A stretch of DNA of 55,209 nucleotides from an uncultured Christensenellaceae bacterium (GCA_944381315.1 CALWKR010000020.1:1-55209), one strand, 5' to 3'; shown: positions 38,102-48,849, counted from the stretch's first letter. The notes: generated by a model not told the origin, from the sequence alone. Numbers and translations are program-made.

Positions 38102-39703
38102 TCACTCCTCCCCGTCAAAGTGCACCGTCTCGGCGGCGACCGCCTCTTTGAATTCGACGACGTCTTTGCCGTCGATGACGACTTTGCCGTCCTCGGTGAC
38201 GGGAGCTTCGGCGCCCTGCTCGGCAGCCTTCTTGGCTTCGTACTCCGCCTTTCTCTTGTGCGCGAGCCTGACTTCGATCTCAGCCATCTTCTTGCCCGAG
38301 AGGTTGTAGAACAGCATCGGGATGATGGACACGAGGTTGGTGATGGCAGGTATGATCGTGAAGATCATGAAGATGCCCATCTTGGTGAACTCGGTCTGCG
38401 CCGGCGTATGGTCGTTGAGGAAGCCGAGCGGCTGCGAGAACAGGAAGAACGCGAGCAGCCAGGACAGGAAGTAGTCCTTGAATCCCGACGAGACCTTGCT
38501 GCGCAAGCTCATCAGCGAGAACGTGATGCCCTCGAGTCTCTCGCCCGTCTTGTCTTCCCAATAGTCGAGCGTATCGGTCGCCATGAGGTGCGGCACGACG
38601 TTGAGCACGCCGACTGGCAGCATTGCGAAGAACATCAGCACCGCGACGAGTATGAAGTCGGTGCCGCCCAGCAGATATATGATGAAGATGAGCGCCAGCG
38701 CCGCTGAATGCCAAACCGTAGCCAAGATGAACAGCCGCTTGGAGTCCATCTTGCGTTTCAGCCGCGGAGCGAACAGCATGCCTATCATCGACGCGATCGC
38801 GCTCGGGAGCGCAAACGCTATCTGCAGCGAGCCGTTGCTGTATATGTATGCGACGACGTACATGATCGCCGCGCTGACGAGGTTGCGGAAGAACGTCAGC
38901 AAATTGGACAAGATCAGCAGCAGGAAGGGCTTGTTCTTGAACATATACTTGAATCCTTCCAACAAGCTCGGCGTGGTCTCGGTAGGTTCGCATCTCTCCT
39001 TGACGCGGATGCCGCCGAGCACCATGAACAGAGGTCCGAGCACGCCGATGATGATCGCCGTGATCATATAGGTATTGGTGTAGTCGTCGTTGCTGAGCAG
39101 CAAGCCGAGCGAGATGAGCACGAGCGCGGACTGCTCGCCTATCGATCCCAGCACACGGCTGACCGAGATCAGCTTGGATCTCTCGTCCATATTGGGCGAC
39201 GCGACTGCCGGGATGCCGTCCAGAGGCACGCCGACGATGGTACCGGTGATGTCATAGAGGATATATGTGACGTACATCCACGCGATCTTGCCGCCGGAAG
39301 AGAATCCGGTGACCGGCATGAACATCAAGATCGTAACTATCGCCCACGGCACCGCGCCGATGACGAGGTAGGGGCGCATCTTACCCCAGCGCGTACGGGT
39401 CTTGTCGACGATCATGCCCATGACGGGGTCGTTGAGGCCGTCGAAGATCTTGGTGATCAGGAACATCGTGCCAACATCCGTTGCATTTATGCCCACGCAC
39501 GCTGTGTAGAAGAACAACAGGTAGCCCTGAACAAGACCGGTGACCGCGCTGCTTGCGAAACGCGCGAGCGCGAACAGGATGTAATCCTTCTTGGACAGGA
39601 ACTTTTCGTTGATCAGCTTGCTGTCTTCGGCGGCATTGTTGTCCGCGCCGCCGTCAGGAGCGAGCTGAGCCAACTCTTGGTTGGTGTCGATCGTATTTTC
39701 CAA
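38102..39703 (-). CDS. MFS glycoside-pentoside-hexuronide (GPH) cation symporter
   Basis: KIFDGLNDPVMG.IVDKTRTRWGKMRPY; DTLDY.E.KTGER.EG; TTG start with GGAGG 7 nt upstream. Confidence 0.9.
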   Translation of the reverse strand: MENTIDTNQELAQLAPDGGADNNAAEDSKLINEKFLSKKDYILFALARFASSAVTGLVQGYLLFFYTACVGINATDVGTMFLITKIFDGLNDPVMGMIVDKTRTRWGKMRPYLVIGAVPWAIVTILMFMPVTGFSSGGKIAWMYVTYILYDITGTIVGVPLDGIPAVASPNMDERSKLISVSRVLGSIGEQSALVLISLGLLLSNDDYTNTYMITAIIIGVLGPLFMVLGGIRVKERCEPTETTPSLLEGFKYMFKNKPFLLLILSNLLTFFRNLVSAAIMYVVAYIYSNGSLQIAFALPSAIASMIGMLFAPRLKRKMDSKRLFILATVWHSAALALIFIIYLLGGTDFILVAVLMFFAMLPVGVLNVVPHLMATDTLDYWEDKTGERLEGITFSLMSLRSKVSSGFKDYFLSWLLAFFLFSQPLGFLNDHTPAQTEFTKMGIFMIFTIIPAITNLVSIIPMLFYNLSGKKMAEIEVRLAHKRKAEYEAKKAAEQGAEAPVTEDGKVVIDGKDVVEFKEAVAAETVHFDGEE

Positions 39704-39755
39704 TTCATAACCTCCCGATTATCACTTTTGTGATATCTCTATTTGGTGACTTGCG

Positions 39756-41702
39756 TCACTTTGTCCTTTGGGTGAGCTGCTTGTCGAAGAACTTGCCGTC
39801 CGCATAGCTCATTACGAACGCGCCCGTACTGCTCCAAGCCTGCAACAGACTGCCCTGCTTGTGCAGCGGAGAGAAGAACTCCACCGGAGTGTAGTTGCCC
39901 TTCTCGAAGTTGTATTCGAACCAGCGCGTCAGCGGATAGACATAGTCCATGCCGTGCATCAGCTTTGCGTACGCATAGACGCAGGACAGATAGGGCCAGT
40001 CTCCGCCGTTGTGATAGTAGTACGGCAGCGAGGACTTCTGAACGATGTCCGTCGCGCGCTTGTAGAAAGGATAGACGCTCAGCGTGCCGAAGTCGCCTGC
40101 GATCTGCTCGCCGTTCTTGTCCGACTCCAACCACTTCTCCATGGCCGAGAGCACCGATACGGCGCGCTTGTCGTCGCACAGTCCGAACAAAATGACCGGC
40201 ACCGTGTCAATCGACAGGTTGTCCTCGACGAAGTCTGCGTCCTTGTAGTTGACGAACCACCCCTTGGCGTCGTCCCAGAGCAAGGCGTTGATGGACTCCT
40301 TGACTTTGCGATATTTGGCATACCACGAGTCCCCCGACGCGCCGACGACGTCGCACATCTCCGCCATCGCGAACAGCGCGCGCGCATAGAGAGCTTCGTC
40401 GTAGGTGACATAGCCGCAGCGGAACACGTTGTCGCACCAATCGCGGCGGTTGAACTCTCCGCTCTTGACGAGCAAGCCGCTCGCGTCCGTCTCTTCTCCG
40501 AGCCTGTCGAGGACGAGCCGCGCGGCGTCCAAGACGGTGCCGCAGTCGCACTGCTCGCTCAATATCGACTTGTCGCCCGTGTGGCGCAGATAGTCATAGA
40601 TCATTATTACAAAGAAGGACGGCGAATCGTAGTGGTTGCCCCAATAGTTGCGGAAGTTGAACTTGACCGCAGACGGACACTCGCCCTTCTTGTTGATGCC
40701 GCACGCGAGAGTGACGATCTCGTTGCGGACGAGGTCGGGCCTGACGGGCAGCACCGACAGCACCGTCCAATAGGCGTCGCGGTAGTACGTCCTTGCCGGG
40801 AACTGATAGACTATGCCGGCGAGGAAGCCCTTGAACTTGCCCAGCTCCTTGTAGTTGGACAGCGAGCAATTGAGCAGCGAGCGGTAGTAAGCGTCCGCAA
40901 ATTCCTGCCCCTTGACCTCGGCGACCTTGCCTCCGTCCGGGCACGCGAGCGAATCGACGTATGCGTCGGCGTCCGCGAGCGCGCGGTCAAAGGAGTCGAA
41001 CGCGTCGTCCACGCTGCTGAAAGTATAGTCGTTGCGCGTCCCGGCGCTGACGACATAGCGCATCTTCTTCACTTCGCCGGCATTGAGTCGCGCGCCGTAG
41101 GCGAATTGATTGAAGAATCCTCTCTCATGTTCGAGCGCAACGGCCTTTTCGCCTATCGCGAAGTCTATGTAGAAATCGCCGAGCACGTCGCCGTGCAGAC
41201 GATAGTGCGAGCCGACTTGCGTCAAGCCGTTCTTCTTGCTCTTGACAAATCCGGCAAGCAGCGTCGCGATCGTCTTGGGGCTAAGTCTGTTGGCGAGCAG
41301 CTGCTCGACATAGGAGCTGTAATTCACGCCATAATTGACCGTGTCCGAAAACTCGATCGCCTGCTTTGCCGCGACCTGCGTCTGCACGAAGATCGCATTG
41401 GTGCCCGAGTCGAGGAAGAGCGTGATCTCGATGTCGCACTTGGGGTGAGCGATGCGCACGACCTGCTTTTTGCCGACCATCGTGACCGTCTTGGGCTCGG
41501 AATAATCGAGCGGCACTCCGTCCACCGAGTAGACGGAATAGAAGTTGCTGAACACGGAAAACTTGTTCATCACCGCATACTTGGAGACGGCGCCTCTGCC
41601 GTCGAACTGCGCGGTGATGCGATTGTTGCTGACGTCGTATTCCGCGATGTCGGCGAGGACTCCCTCGACTACCATCGCGCCGCCCTTGAAGTACTTTTTC
41701 AT
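39756..41702 (-). CDS. (alpha/alpha)6-barrel glycoside hydrolase (GDE_C/GH78/GH63-like fold), family uncertain
   Basis: RTYYRDAYW, DSPSFFVI..YDY...TGD, DWCD, LWD....WF, YHNGG.WP, LQAWS. Confidence 0.75.
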   Translation of the reverse strand: MKKYFKGGAMVVEGVLADIAEYDVSNNRITAQFDGRGAVSKYAVMNKFSVFSNFYSVYSVDGVPLDYSEPKTVTMVGKKQVVRIAHPKCDIEITLFLDSGTNAIFVQTQVAAKQAIEFSDTVNYGVNYSSYVEQLLANRLSPKTIATLLAGFVKSKKNGLTQVGSHYRLHGDVLGDFYIDFAIGEKAVALEHERGFFNQFAYGARLNAGEVKKMRYVVSAGTRNDYTFSSVDDAFDSFDRALADADAYVDSLACPDGGKVAEVKGQEFADAYYRSLLNCSLSNYKELGKFKGFLAGIVYQFPARTYYRDAYWTVLSVLPVRPDLVRNEIVTLACGINKKGECPSAVKFNFRNYWGNHYDSPSFFVIMIYDYLRHTGDKSILSEQCDCGTVLDAARLVLDRLGEETDASGLLVKSGEFNRRDWCDNVFRCGYVTYDEALYARALFAMAEMCDVVGASGDSWYAKYRKVKESINALLWDDAKGWFVNYKDADFVEDNLSIDTVPVILFGLCDDKRAVSVLSAMEKWLESDKNGEQIAGDFGTLSVYPFYKRATDIVQKSSLPYYYHNGGDWPYLSCVYAYAKLMHGMDYVYPLTRWFEYNFEKGNYTPVEFFSPLHKQGSLLQAWSSTGAFVMSYADGKFFDKQLTQRTK

Positions 41703-42871
41703 GCCTGCTTGACTCCGCCCTGTTTCTCTTCTTCTATCCTCTGCTCGAGACCTGCGATGAACGCGTCCTCGTCGATCGGATAGACGACTTGCTTGCCCGT
41801 CCAGCTCGAGAGATGGATGGCGTTGCTGAACGTCAGTCCGTTGAGTCCGTCCGCATACGGCGCGATCAGCTTGCTCTCTTTGCCGAGCACGACGAGAGAG
41901 AAGTTGCGGATGACGTTGATGTGCTGCTGCTCTATCGCTCCCTTGATCATGTCGATCAAGTTGAGCTTGTACTTGTATGTCTTGTTGGGGATCTTGCCCA
42001 TAAAGACCTTGTTGGTGGCGCTGAATTGAGGTTCGGGCATACTGTTCTCGACAAAGGTGAGCTTCATCGTGATGTCGCTGCCCCCCTCAATGATCATCTT
42101 GCCGCCGTCGCCGCTGATCTCGAGACGGTTGGTGCCGGGCGCGTCGTGGGTGGATGTGATGAACACTCCCTCCGCGCCGCCTTCGAACTCGCAGACCGCG
42201 GTCACGTCGTTCTCGACATTGATCTTGCGCCCGACGGTCTTTGCGACGCTCCACACCTTGGTGATGGGCTTGCCTGCCAACCATGTGAACAGATCGAGCT
42301 GATGCGGATCTTGATTGATCAGCACGCCGCCGCCTTCGCCCGCCCAAGTGCCGCGCCAGCCGCCTTGGTCGTAGTACGCCTGCGGTCTGTACCAATTGGT
42401 GATGATCCAGACTATGCGTTTGAGATTGCCGAGCCTGCCGGAATCGATGATCTCTTTGGCCTTGACATACACCTTGTTGGTGCGTTGATTGTAGAGCAAT
42501 CCGAATTTGAGCTCGGGCTTGGTCTTGCCGTGTTCCGCCGCCTCGCGCACCGCCTTGGTATAGACGCCTGCCGGCTTGTCGCACAGCACATGCTTGCCTG
42601 CGTCGAGAGCCTCGATCGCGATGCCGGGATGCGCATAGTGCGGAGTGTCGATGATGATCGCGTCGACGTCCTTGTCTGCAAGCAGCTGCTTGTAGTCGTC
42701 AAAGACTTTGACCCCTGCGAGGTTGCTCTTCGCCCACTGTCTGCGATCTTCCTTGATGTCGCAGACGGCGGCGAGAACGCCGTTTTTGTCCATGCCCTTG
42801 AAGAGCCTCTTGGCATAGTTGCTTCCCTGCTTGCCTATGCCGATGATCCCGTACCTGACCTTGTCCATCAT
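41699..42871 (-). CDS. Gfo/Idh/MocA oxidoreductase (3)
   Basis: GIIGIG.QG, TPHYAH, GKHVLCDKP, NQR, GGGVLINQDPHQLD. Confidence 0.9.
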   Translation of the reverse strand: MMDKVRYGIIGIGKQGSNYAKRLFKGMDKNGVLAAVCDIKEDRRQWAKSNLAGVKVFDDYKQLLADKDVDAIIIDTPHYAHPGIAIEALDAGKHVLCDKPAGVYTKAVREAAEHGKTKPELKFGLLYNQRTNKVYVKAKEIIDSGRLGNLKRIVWIITNWYRPQAYYDQGGWRGTWAGEGGGVLINQDPHQLDLFTWLAGKPITKVWSVAKTVGRKINVENDVTAVCEFEGGAEGVFITSTHDAPGTNRLEISGDGGKMIIEGGSDITMKLTFVENSMPEPQFSATNKVFMGKIPNKTYKYKLNLIDMIKGAIEQQHINVIRNFSLVVLGKESKLIAPYADGLNGLTFSNAIHLSSWTGKQVVYPIDEDAFIAGLEQRIEEEKQGGVKQA

Positions 42872-43815
42872 GCCTTCTCCTTTTCCGCTCTTTCGAGGAT
42901 ATCTTTGAGTCCGCGGTATTGCCATGTGAAGATGTCTTTGCGCGTGACTTTCTGCATCGGCTCGATGCCTTTCGCCTCGTCGATGCGTTTGAATATCTTG
43001 TTCCAATTGCCGACATAAGGCAGCATCCAAGTGAACCATCCGAAGATGTGGAACAGCACCTTGTGATCCGCATACTTGCCGGTGTGCGGCTCCAGCGTCA
43101 TGAAGCCGTCATAATTCCTGTTGACGACGAGATCGCGGATCATCTCGTTGTAGCCGCCAAGACCGAGCCCGATCGGGACCTCGACCTTCTCGGGCGAGCA
43201 GTCCTTGATATGATAATAGACGACGTAGTCTTTGAGCATTTGATACGCCATCGGCGCGTTGACTCCGCATTGGATGAAGTTGGACGCGTCATATGCGAGC
43301 TTGAATTGGGGATCGTTGATCTCGCTGTACAATTGCAAGCATCTCTCGGGAGTGTCGCCGTAGATGCGCTTCTCGTTCTCGTGCAAAAGGATGACGTCCT
43401 TGCCTTTGACTCTTTCGAGGAAGCCGCGCAACTTCTTGACGACTTCGGGGAAGTAGGCGTCATAGTCGCCGCCCTGCTTGACTCTGAACGAGAAGATGCG
43501 GATGTACTTGCAACCCATAATCTCGCAGATCTTGACCAGCTCGTCCAGCTTGGTGAGCTGAGCCTCATAGGCGGCGTTGTCGTGCAGCCCTATCTTGCCT
43601 ATCGGCGAACCTATCGACGAAAAGAGTATCCCCGCCTCGTCCAAGCGCGGCTTGATGTCCCTCGCGAACTCCTCCGCGGTGTAGTCGGCGATGTTCTTGC
43701 CGTCGACGACGCGCGGGCACAGATACTTCTCTCCGAACTCCTTGATCAGAGCGATCTGGTCGTCCAGCTTGGAGCTGACCTCATCGTAAAAACCCGATAT
43801 CTTTACCTGTGACAT
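42868..43815 (-). CDS. AP_endonuc_2/xylose-isomerase-like TIM-barrel sugar isomerase/epimerase/lyase
   Basis: SGFYDE, GSPIGK, IRIFSF, LLHENEK.IYG, YDASNF, HIKD, TLEPH. Confidence 0.85.
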   Translation of the reverse strand: MSQVKISGFYDEVSSKLDDQIALIKEFGEKYLCPRVVDGKNIADYTAEEFARDIKPRLDEAGILFSSIGSPIGKIGLHDNAAYEAQLTKLDELVKICEIMGCKYIRIFSFRVKQGGDYDAYFPEVVKKLRGFLERVKGKDVILLHENEKRIYGDTPERCLQLYSEINDPQFKLAYDASNFIQCGVNAPMAYQMLKDYVVYYHIKDCSPEKVEVPIGLGLGGYNEMIRDLVVNRNYDGFMTLEPHTGKYADHKVLFHIFGWFTWMLPYVGNWNKIFKRIDEAKGIEPMQKVTRKDIFTWQYRGLKDILERAEKEKA

Positions 43816-43826
43816 AATTCCTCCAC

Positions 43827-44978
43827 CTATTTGCTTATTCCGGCTTTGCCGTTCATTTCCTCTTTGATCTTGGCGGCGAGCGCGTCGGCATACGCCCCCT
43901 CGTCGACGGGCAAGCTCACCTTGCCTCCCGACCAATCCGAAAAGTTCATCGCATTGATCATCGACAGCGCGCCCATCCCCTCTTCGCCTCTCGCGACGAG
44001 CAGCGAGGGATCGTGCCTCTCCGCCGCGCGCACGAATGCGCGCAATACCTTGCATTGCTGCCCCATCCGCCAGTCGAACAGATAGTTGTCTATCCCGTAG
44101 AACTTGCGCACGGTGCGATATTTTTTGTCCTCTTTGTTGCCGTAATCGCGCTTGGAACGCGCGTTGATCTCGCTCTCGTCCATTTTGAGCAGCTTGGCGG
44201 TCAGCATGCCCCTCGTGACCGTCAGCAAACCCTTGGTGCCGGCTATCTCCAATCTGTTCACTCCCGGCAGCTCGTGCGTCGACGCGCGGAAAGAACAGTC
44301 AAAGCCGTCGTATCCGAACAGCGCCGTCACGTCGTTCTCGGTCGAGATGTGCCTGCCCACGGTCCTGCACTTGCAGGTGACTTCGGACGGCATGCCGAGG
44401 ATCCACTGCAACAAGTCGAGCTGATGCACGCATTGATTGATCAGCGTGCCGCCGCCCTCTCCCGACCAGCTCGCACGCCAGCCGTTCATGTCATAGTAGA
44501 ATTGCGAGCGGTACCAATCTGTGACCGTGAAGTCCGCGCGCACTATCTCGCCCAGCTGTCCGCTGCCGACGAGCGCCTTGGCTCGGGCATAGAGAGGATT
44601 GGTGCGTTGGTTGTAGACGATCCCGAAAATTACGTCCCCGTGTCGATGAGCGACGTCTATCAGCTGTCTCGCGCTCTGCGCCGTGACGGATATGGGCTTC
44701 TCCACGAGGGTGTGTACGCCTGCCTCTATCGCGTGCGAGCAGATCTCGACGTGCGAATAGTGCGGCGTCGCTACGACGACTGCGTCGGCGGCTCCCGAAT
44801 CTATCAATTCGCGATGATCGGCGAAGGTCTTGACTCCCCACTTGCTCTCGGCTTTGGCACGGACGGACGGATCGATGTCGCAGATCGCGGCAAGCTGCGC
44901 CCCGGGCACTGCTCCCGACGCGAGATTCGCCGCATGGCGCGACCCCATCCTTCCTGTTCCGATGACCGCAACTCTCAT
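43827..44978 (-). CDS. Gfo/Idh/MocA oxidoreductase (2)
   Basis: AVIGTGRMG, ATPHYSH, LVEKP, NQR, GGGTLINQCVHQLD. Confidence 0.9.
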   Translation of the reverse strand: MRVAVIGTGRMGSRHAANLASGAVPGAQLAAICDIDPSVRAKAESKWGVKTFADHRELIDSGAADAVVVATPHYSHVEICSHAIEAGVHTLVEKPISVTAQSARQLIDVAHRHGDVIFGIVYNQRTNPLYARAKALVGSGQLGEIVRADFTVTDWYRSQFYYDMNGWRASWSGEGGGTLINQCVHQLDLLQWILGMPSEVTCKCRTVGRHISTENDVTALFGYDGFDCSFRASTHELPGVNRLEIAGTKGLLTVTRGMLTAKLLKMDESEINARSKRDYGNKEDKKYRTVRKFYGIDNYLFDWRMGQQCKVLRAFVRAAERHDPSLLVARGEEGMGALSMINAMNFSDWSGGKVSLPVDEGAYADALAAKIKEEMNGKAGISK

Positions 44979-45628
44979 TGTTTTTCCTCTTCTTTTTGGC
45001 TCAACTCATATCTTATCGCGGACGCGACCACGGGCAGATTGGTCGTCACGTTGGCGACGCCCCAGCGCATGAATCGCGACAGCTGTCTGTACGAATCGAG
45101 CGTGAACACGGACAACTTCACTCCGTGATCGCGGCAAGCGGCGAGGAAGTCGTCTCTTGCCATATACTTGTTGACGTTGAGTCCTGCGAAGTGCGGATTG
45201 CCCGATTCTTCGAGCGCGCGCTTGATCGCAGGGACGTTCTTGGCGATGTACGGCAGACCCTTGATCTTGTTGAGCCAAGCGTCGCCGGCGGTCAGCACGT
45301 CGCTGTCCGTCAGTCTCACCGCGCCGGTGAAGATGAGATTCTCCTTCACACCGAGCTCTGTCGCGAGATCTATGACGTCGCGGACGAGTCCGCTCATCTT
45401 GAGGTCGCAGTTGATCTTGAGACCGCGCTGTTTGACGATCGCGAACGCCTCGGCGAGAGTGATCTTTTTGCGATACAGGAAGAGCGACGGCAAGTGGCTG
45501 AGATACAAGACGCCTCCGCGCTTGTATACGTCCACCTCGATCGCGTCGGCGTTGTAGGCGCTTATGTTCTCAAAGTACATACGCGAATTCCTGCCGGTGC
45601 CAAGTGCTCCTCCGTGTGCTGTGATCAT
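44975..45628 (-). CDS. Glycerophosphodiester phosphodiesterase (GDPD) family protein
   Basis: ITAHGG...NS, IEVDV, LSH, NCDLK, VFTLD, VTTNLP. Confidence 0.75.
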   Translation of the reverse strand: MITAHGGALGTGRNSRMYFENISAYNADAIEVDVYKRGGVLYLSHLPSLFLYRKKITLAEAFAIVKQRGLKINCDLKMSGLVRDVIDLATELGVKENLIFTGAVRLTDSDVLTAGDAWLNKIKGLPYIAKNVPAIKRALEESGNPHFAGLNVNKYMARDDFLAACRDHGVKLSVFTLDSYRQLSRFMRWGVANVTTNLPVVASAIRYELSQKEEEKQ

Positions 45629-45644
45629 GCTGTCGACGCTCTCC

Positions 45645-46922
45645 TCACTTTTGTATGTCCGGGATCTCGGACATCTCAACCTTTGCGCCGCCGCGGTGTC
45701 TGGACAGTTCCGCAGCGGTGACTATGCGGTGGCTCTCCACCGTATCCTCTATCCAAGTATATTGTCCGTTGGGATCGAGCTTGCCGCGCAGCAGATCCGC
45801 GGTGGCCTTGCTTATCCCCTCGTCGCCGCCGTAATGTCCCTTGATCACGGGGATGATGTTGACGACGATCTTCTTGGTGCGCTTGTCGAACAGCCTCAGC
45901 TCGATGACGCTGCCCCTGTCGTCGGCGATCAGCTCGCCCTTGGTGCCGCGGATCTCGGTGTGGCGATGGTCTTTTTCGTTGAACGCGTTGGCGGTCATCA
46001 CGATCTTGACGCCGTTCTCCATCTCCATATTGACCGTCTGGCAGTCGACGACGTCGTTGTCGCACGCAAAGACGCATCTCGACCACAGCTTGCCGCGCTC
46101 GCCGTTTTTGAGCGCGTCGATGACCGCGTCCTTCTTGGGACTGACGCTGAAAGCATACGTCCCCCACGGGAACTTGTGCGGTCTCAGCCCTCTGCCCACA
46201 TATTGATAGGTGCATTCATAGATGCACTCGTTGCGGTACTTGCAGTCAAAGCAGTTGTCCGCCGCACCCTGCGGCGCGTTGGCGGAATTGAAGAAGGACA
46301 GATCTCCGTACGACGACAGGCTCTTGCACTTGGCTCCGGCGAACCAATAGAGCAAGTCCATATCGTGACAGCACTTGGCGAGCAGCATCGGCGAAGTCTC
46401 CTCTTCGCGGCGCCAATTGCCTCTGACATAGCTGTGACAGAAGTGCCACCACGAGATATGCTCGTCATGCTTGATCAGCTTGATGTCGCCGAGCACGCCT
46501 TGATCGATCAGCTGCTTTATGCGGCGATAGTAGTTGGCATAGCGCAACACATGGCAGACAAGCACTTTTCTGCCGTGCTCGCGCGCATACTTCTCTATCT
46601 CCAAGCACTCCTCGATGTTGGGGCTGACCGGCTTTTCGAGCAACAGGTCGTAGCCGAGCGCGAGCGCCTTCATCGCGTGTCCGTAGTGGTCGCGGTCTTG
46701 AGTTGCGATGACCATGACGTCGGCGACTTTGCCTTGACCGAAAAACTTGTCCTCGTCGACGAAACACTTGTCGTCGGGGACGTGCCAAGCCGTCTTGACG
46801 TTGTCGATCTTGGCTTGATATTTGTCGCAGATCGAGACGATCTGCACGTCGGGGATCGCGTTGAGATGATTGCCGTAATTGCGGCCTCTCGACCCGAGCC
46901 CTATCACCGCGACCTTGTGCAT
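45645..46922 (-). CDS. Gfo/Idh/MocA oxidoreductase (1)
   Basis: VIGLGSRG, ATQDRDH, LLEKP, CHVLRY, HSYVRGNWR, LAKCCHDMD, GHYGGD. Confidence 0.9.
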   Translation of the reverse strand: MHKVAVIGLGSRGRNYGNHLNAIPDVQIVSICDKYQAKIDNVKTAWHVPDDKCFVDEDKFFGQGKVADVMVIATQDRDHYGHAMKALALGYDLLLEKPVSPNIEECLEIEKYAREHGRKVLVCHVLRYANYYRRIKQLIDQGVLGDIKLIKHDEHISWWHFCHSYVRGNWRREEETSPMLLAKCCHDMDLLYWFAGAKCKSLSSYGDLSFFNSANAPQGAADNCFDCKYRNECIYECTYQYVGRGLRPHKFPWGTYAFSVSPKKDAVIDALKNGERGKLWSRCVFACDNDVVDCQTVNMEMENGVKIVMTANAFNEKDHRHTEIRGTKGELIADDRGSVIELRLFDKRTKKIVVNIIPVIKGHYGGDEGISKATADLLRGKLDPNGQYTWIEDTVESHRIVTAAELSRHRGGAKVEMSEIPDIQK

Positions 46923-46923
46923 A

Positions 46924-47757
46924 TCAAACCCCCGAATAGGCGGAGAAGCCTCCGTCGATCGGCACGACGATGCCCGTGACGAATCCCGCCTTGCTGTCGT
47001 CGGTGAGCCATGTCAGCGTGCCGAGGATCTCCTCGGGCTCTCCGAATCTGCCCATCGGAGTGCTCGCGATGATCTTGCGCGCTCTCGCGGTGGGCGCGCC
47101 GTCCTTGTCGAACAGCAAGACGTAATACTGCTTGGTGACAAAGAAGCCGGGCGCGATCGCGTTGACTCTGATCCCCTCTTTGGCAAAGTGAACGGCGAGC
47201 CACTCGGTGAAGTTGCTGACCGCCGCCTTTGCGCCGCTGTAAGCCGGGATGCGCGTGAGCGGACGGAAAGCGTTCATCGAAGAGACGTTGACGATGTTGC
47301 CGCCCCTGCCGACCATATCGGCGGCAAAGACCTGCGTGGTCAGGAAGGTGGCAAGGAAGTTGAGCTTGAACACGAAGTCCACGCCTCCCCCGTCGAGATC
47401 GAAAAAGCTCTTGACGTCGGGATCGTTCATGTCCTTGACGTCGAAGTAGTCGTTGGTCGTCGTCCCCTTGGGATTGTTGCCGCCGGCGCCGTTGATGAGG
47501 ATGTCGGTCAAGCCGAGATCCTTGTTGATCTGCGCCTTTGCCGCGATCATCGTCTCCTTTTCGAGACAATTGACGGCATATGCCTTGGCGATCCCGCCGT
47601 CCGCGACGATCTCGTCGGCGACCTTTTGCGCCGCGTCGAGATTGAGATCGAGCACGGCTACCTTTGCGCCGAGTTTCGCATACTCATTTGCCATCATGCT
47701 GCACAGGATGCCTCCTGCGCCGGTGATGACTGCGACCTTGTCCTTGTAGATATCCAT
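46924..47757 (-). CDS. uxuB: SDR-type D-mannonate oxidoreductase (fructuronate reductase)
   Basis: TGAGGILC, NGAGGNNP, SSMNAFRPLTRIPAYSGAK, NAIAPGFF; directly after uxuA. Confidence 0.88.
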   Translation of the reverse strand: MDIYKDKVAVITGAGGILCSMMANEYAKLGAKVAVLDLNLDAAQKVADEIVADGGIAKAYAVNCLEKETMIAAKAQINKDLGLTDILINGAGGNNPKGTTTNDYFDVKDMNDPDVKSFFDLDGGGVDFVFKLNFLATFLTTQVFAADMVGRGGNIVNVSSMNAFRPLTRIPAYSGAKAAVSNFTEWLAVHFAKEGIRVNAIAPGFFVTKQYYVLLFDKDGAPTARARKIIASTPMGRFGEPEEILGTLTWLTDDSKAGFVTGIVVPIDGGFSAYSGV

Positions 47758-47781
47758 TTTCTCCTCCCTGTGTATGTTATC

Positions 47782-48849
47782 TCACTTTATTGTCGGCACA
47801 TACTCGCCGCGCTGTTTGCCCACTGCTTCGATGATCCCGTCAAGATACATCGCGCCGAGCGCACGGTCGTACAGTCCGTATCCGCCTCTGCCCTCTTCGC
47901 CCCAGATCATGCGGCCGTGGTCGGGTCTGACATAGCCGTCGAACTTGGCGTCATAGAGAGCGTTGACGATCTGATACATGTCGAGGCTGCCTCTTTCGGA
48001 GACGTGTCCGCTCTCTTCGAAGCAGCGGTCGCCCGTGATCTTGACATTGCGCAGGTGGGCGAACGAGATGCGGTCGCCGCACATGCGGATCATATCGGGC
48101 AAGTTGTTGGCAGGATCGACTCCGAGCGATCCCGTGCAGAAAGTCACGCCGTTGAACGGAGTGTCCTCGATCGCGAACATGCGCTTGTAGCTCTCCGCGC
48201 CCGTGATGATGCGCGGCAAGCCGAAGATGCCCCACGGCGGATCGTCGGGATGGATCGCCATGCGCACGCCGTACTCCTCGGCGACGGGGATGACTTCGTG
48301 CAAGAACGTCGCGAAGTTGCTCCACAGCTTCTCTGCGTCGACGTCGGCATATCTGCCCAGCAATTCTTTGAGCCCGTCCTTGGTGTAGCTCTCGTCCCAG
48401 CCGGGGAGACTGAGCTCGCTCTTGACCGGATCGAGCGCGAGCACGGTGTCACGGTCGTATGCGAGCGCATGCGAGCCGTCGGGGAGCTGCTTGGAAAGGT
48501 CGCTGCGCAGCCAGTCGAATACGGGCATAAAGTTGTAGCAAATGCATCTGACGCCTGCGTTGCCGAGACGGCGCACGTTCTCCTTGTAATTGTCGATGAG
48601 CCTTGCGGCGTCGGGGCCGCCCAGCTTGATCTCTTCGTGGACGGGCACGCTCTCGACCACCTCGAACTCCAAGCCCTTCGCCTCGGCAAGGGTCTTGAGC
48701 CTGTTGATGCTCTCGTTGCTCCACACCTCGCCTACGGGGGTATCGTAGACGGCGGAGACGACGCCGGTCATGCACGGGATCTGTCTGATCTCGTCCAGCG
48801 TGATCCTGTCTTTTTCGCCATACCAGCGGAATGTCATCTTGAATGCCAT
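47782..48849 (-). CDS. uxuA: Mannonate dehydratase
   Basis: MTFRWYG, ESVPVHEEIK, CYNFMPVFDW, HPDDPP, FAHLRN, RPDHGR, GYGLYDRALG. Confidence 0.96.
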   Translation of the reverse strand: MAFKMTFRWYGEKDRITLDEIRQIPCMTGVVSAVYDTPVGEVWSNESINRLKTLAEAKGLEFEVVESVPVHEEIKLGGPDAARLIDNYKENVRRLGNAGVRCICYNFMPVFDWLRSDLSKQLPDGSHALAYDRDTVLALDPVKSELSLPGWDESYTKDGLKELLGRYADVDAEKLWSNFATFLHEVIPVAEEYGVRMAIHPDDPPWGIFGLPRIITGAESYKRMFAIEDTPFNGVTFCTGSLGVDPANNLPDMIRMCGDRISFAHLRNVKITGDRCFEESGHVSERGSLDMYQIVNALYDAKFDGYVRPDHGRMIWGEEGRGGYGLYDRALGAMYLDGIIEAVGKQRGEYVPTIK

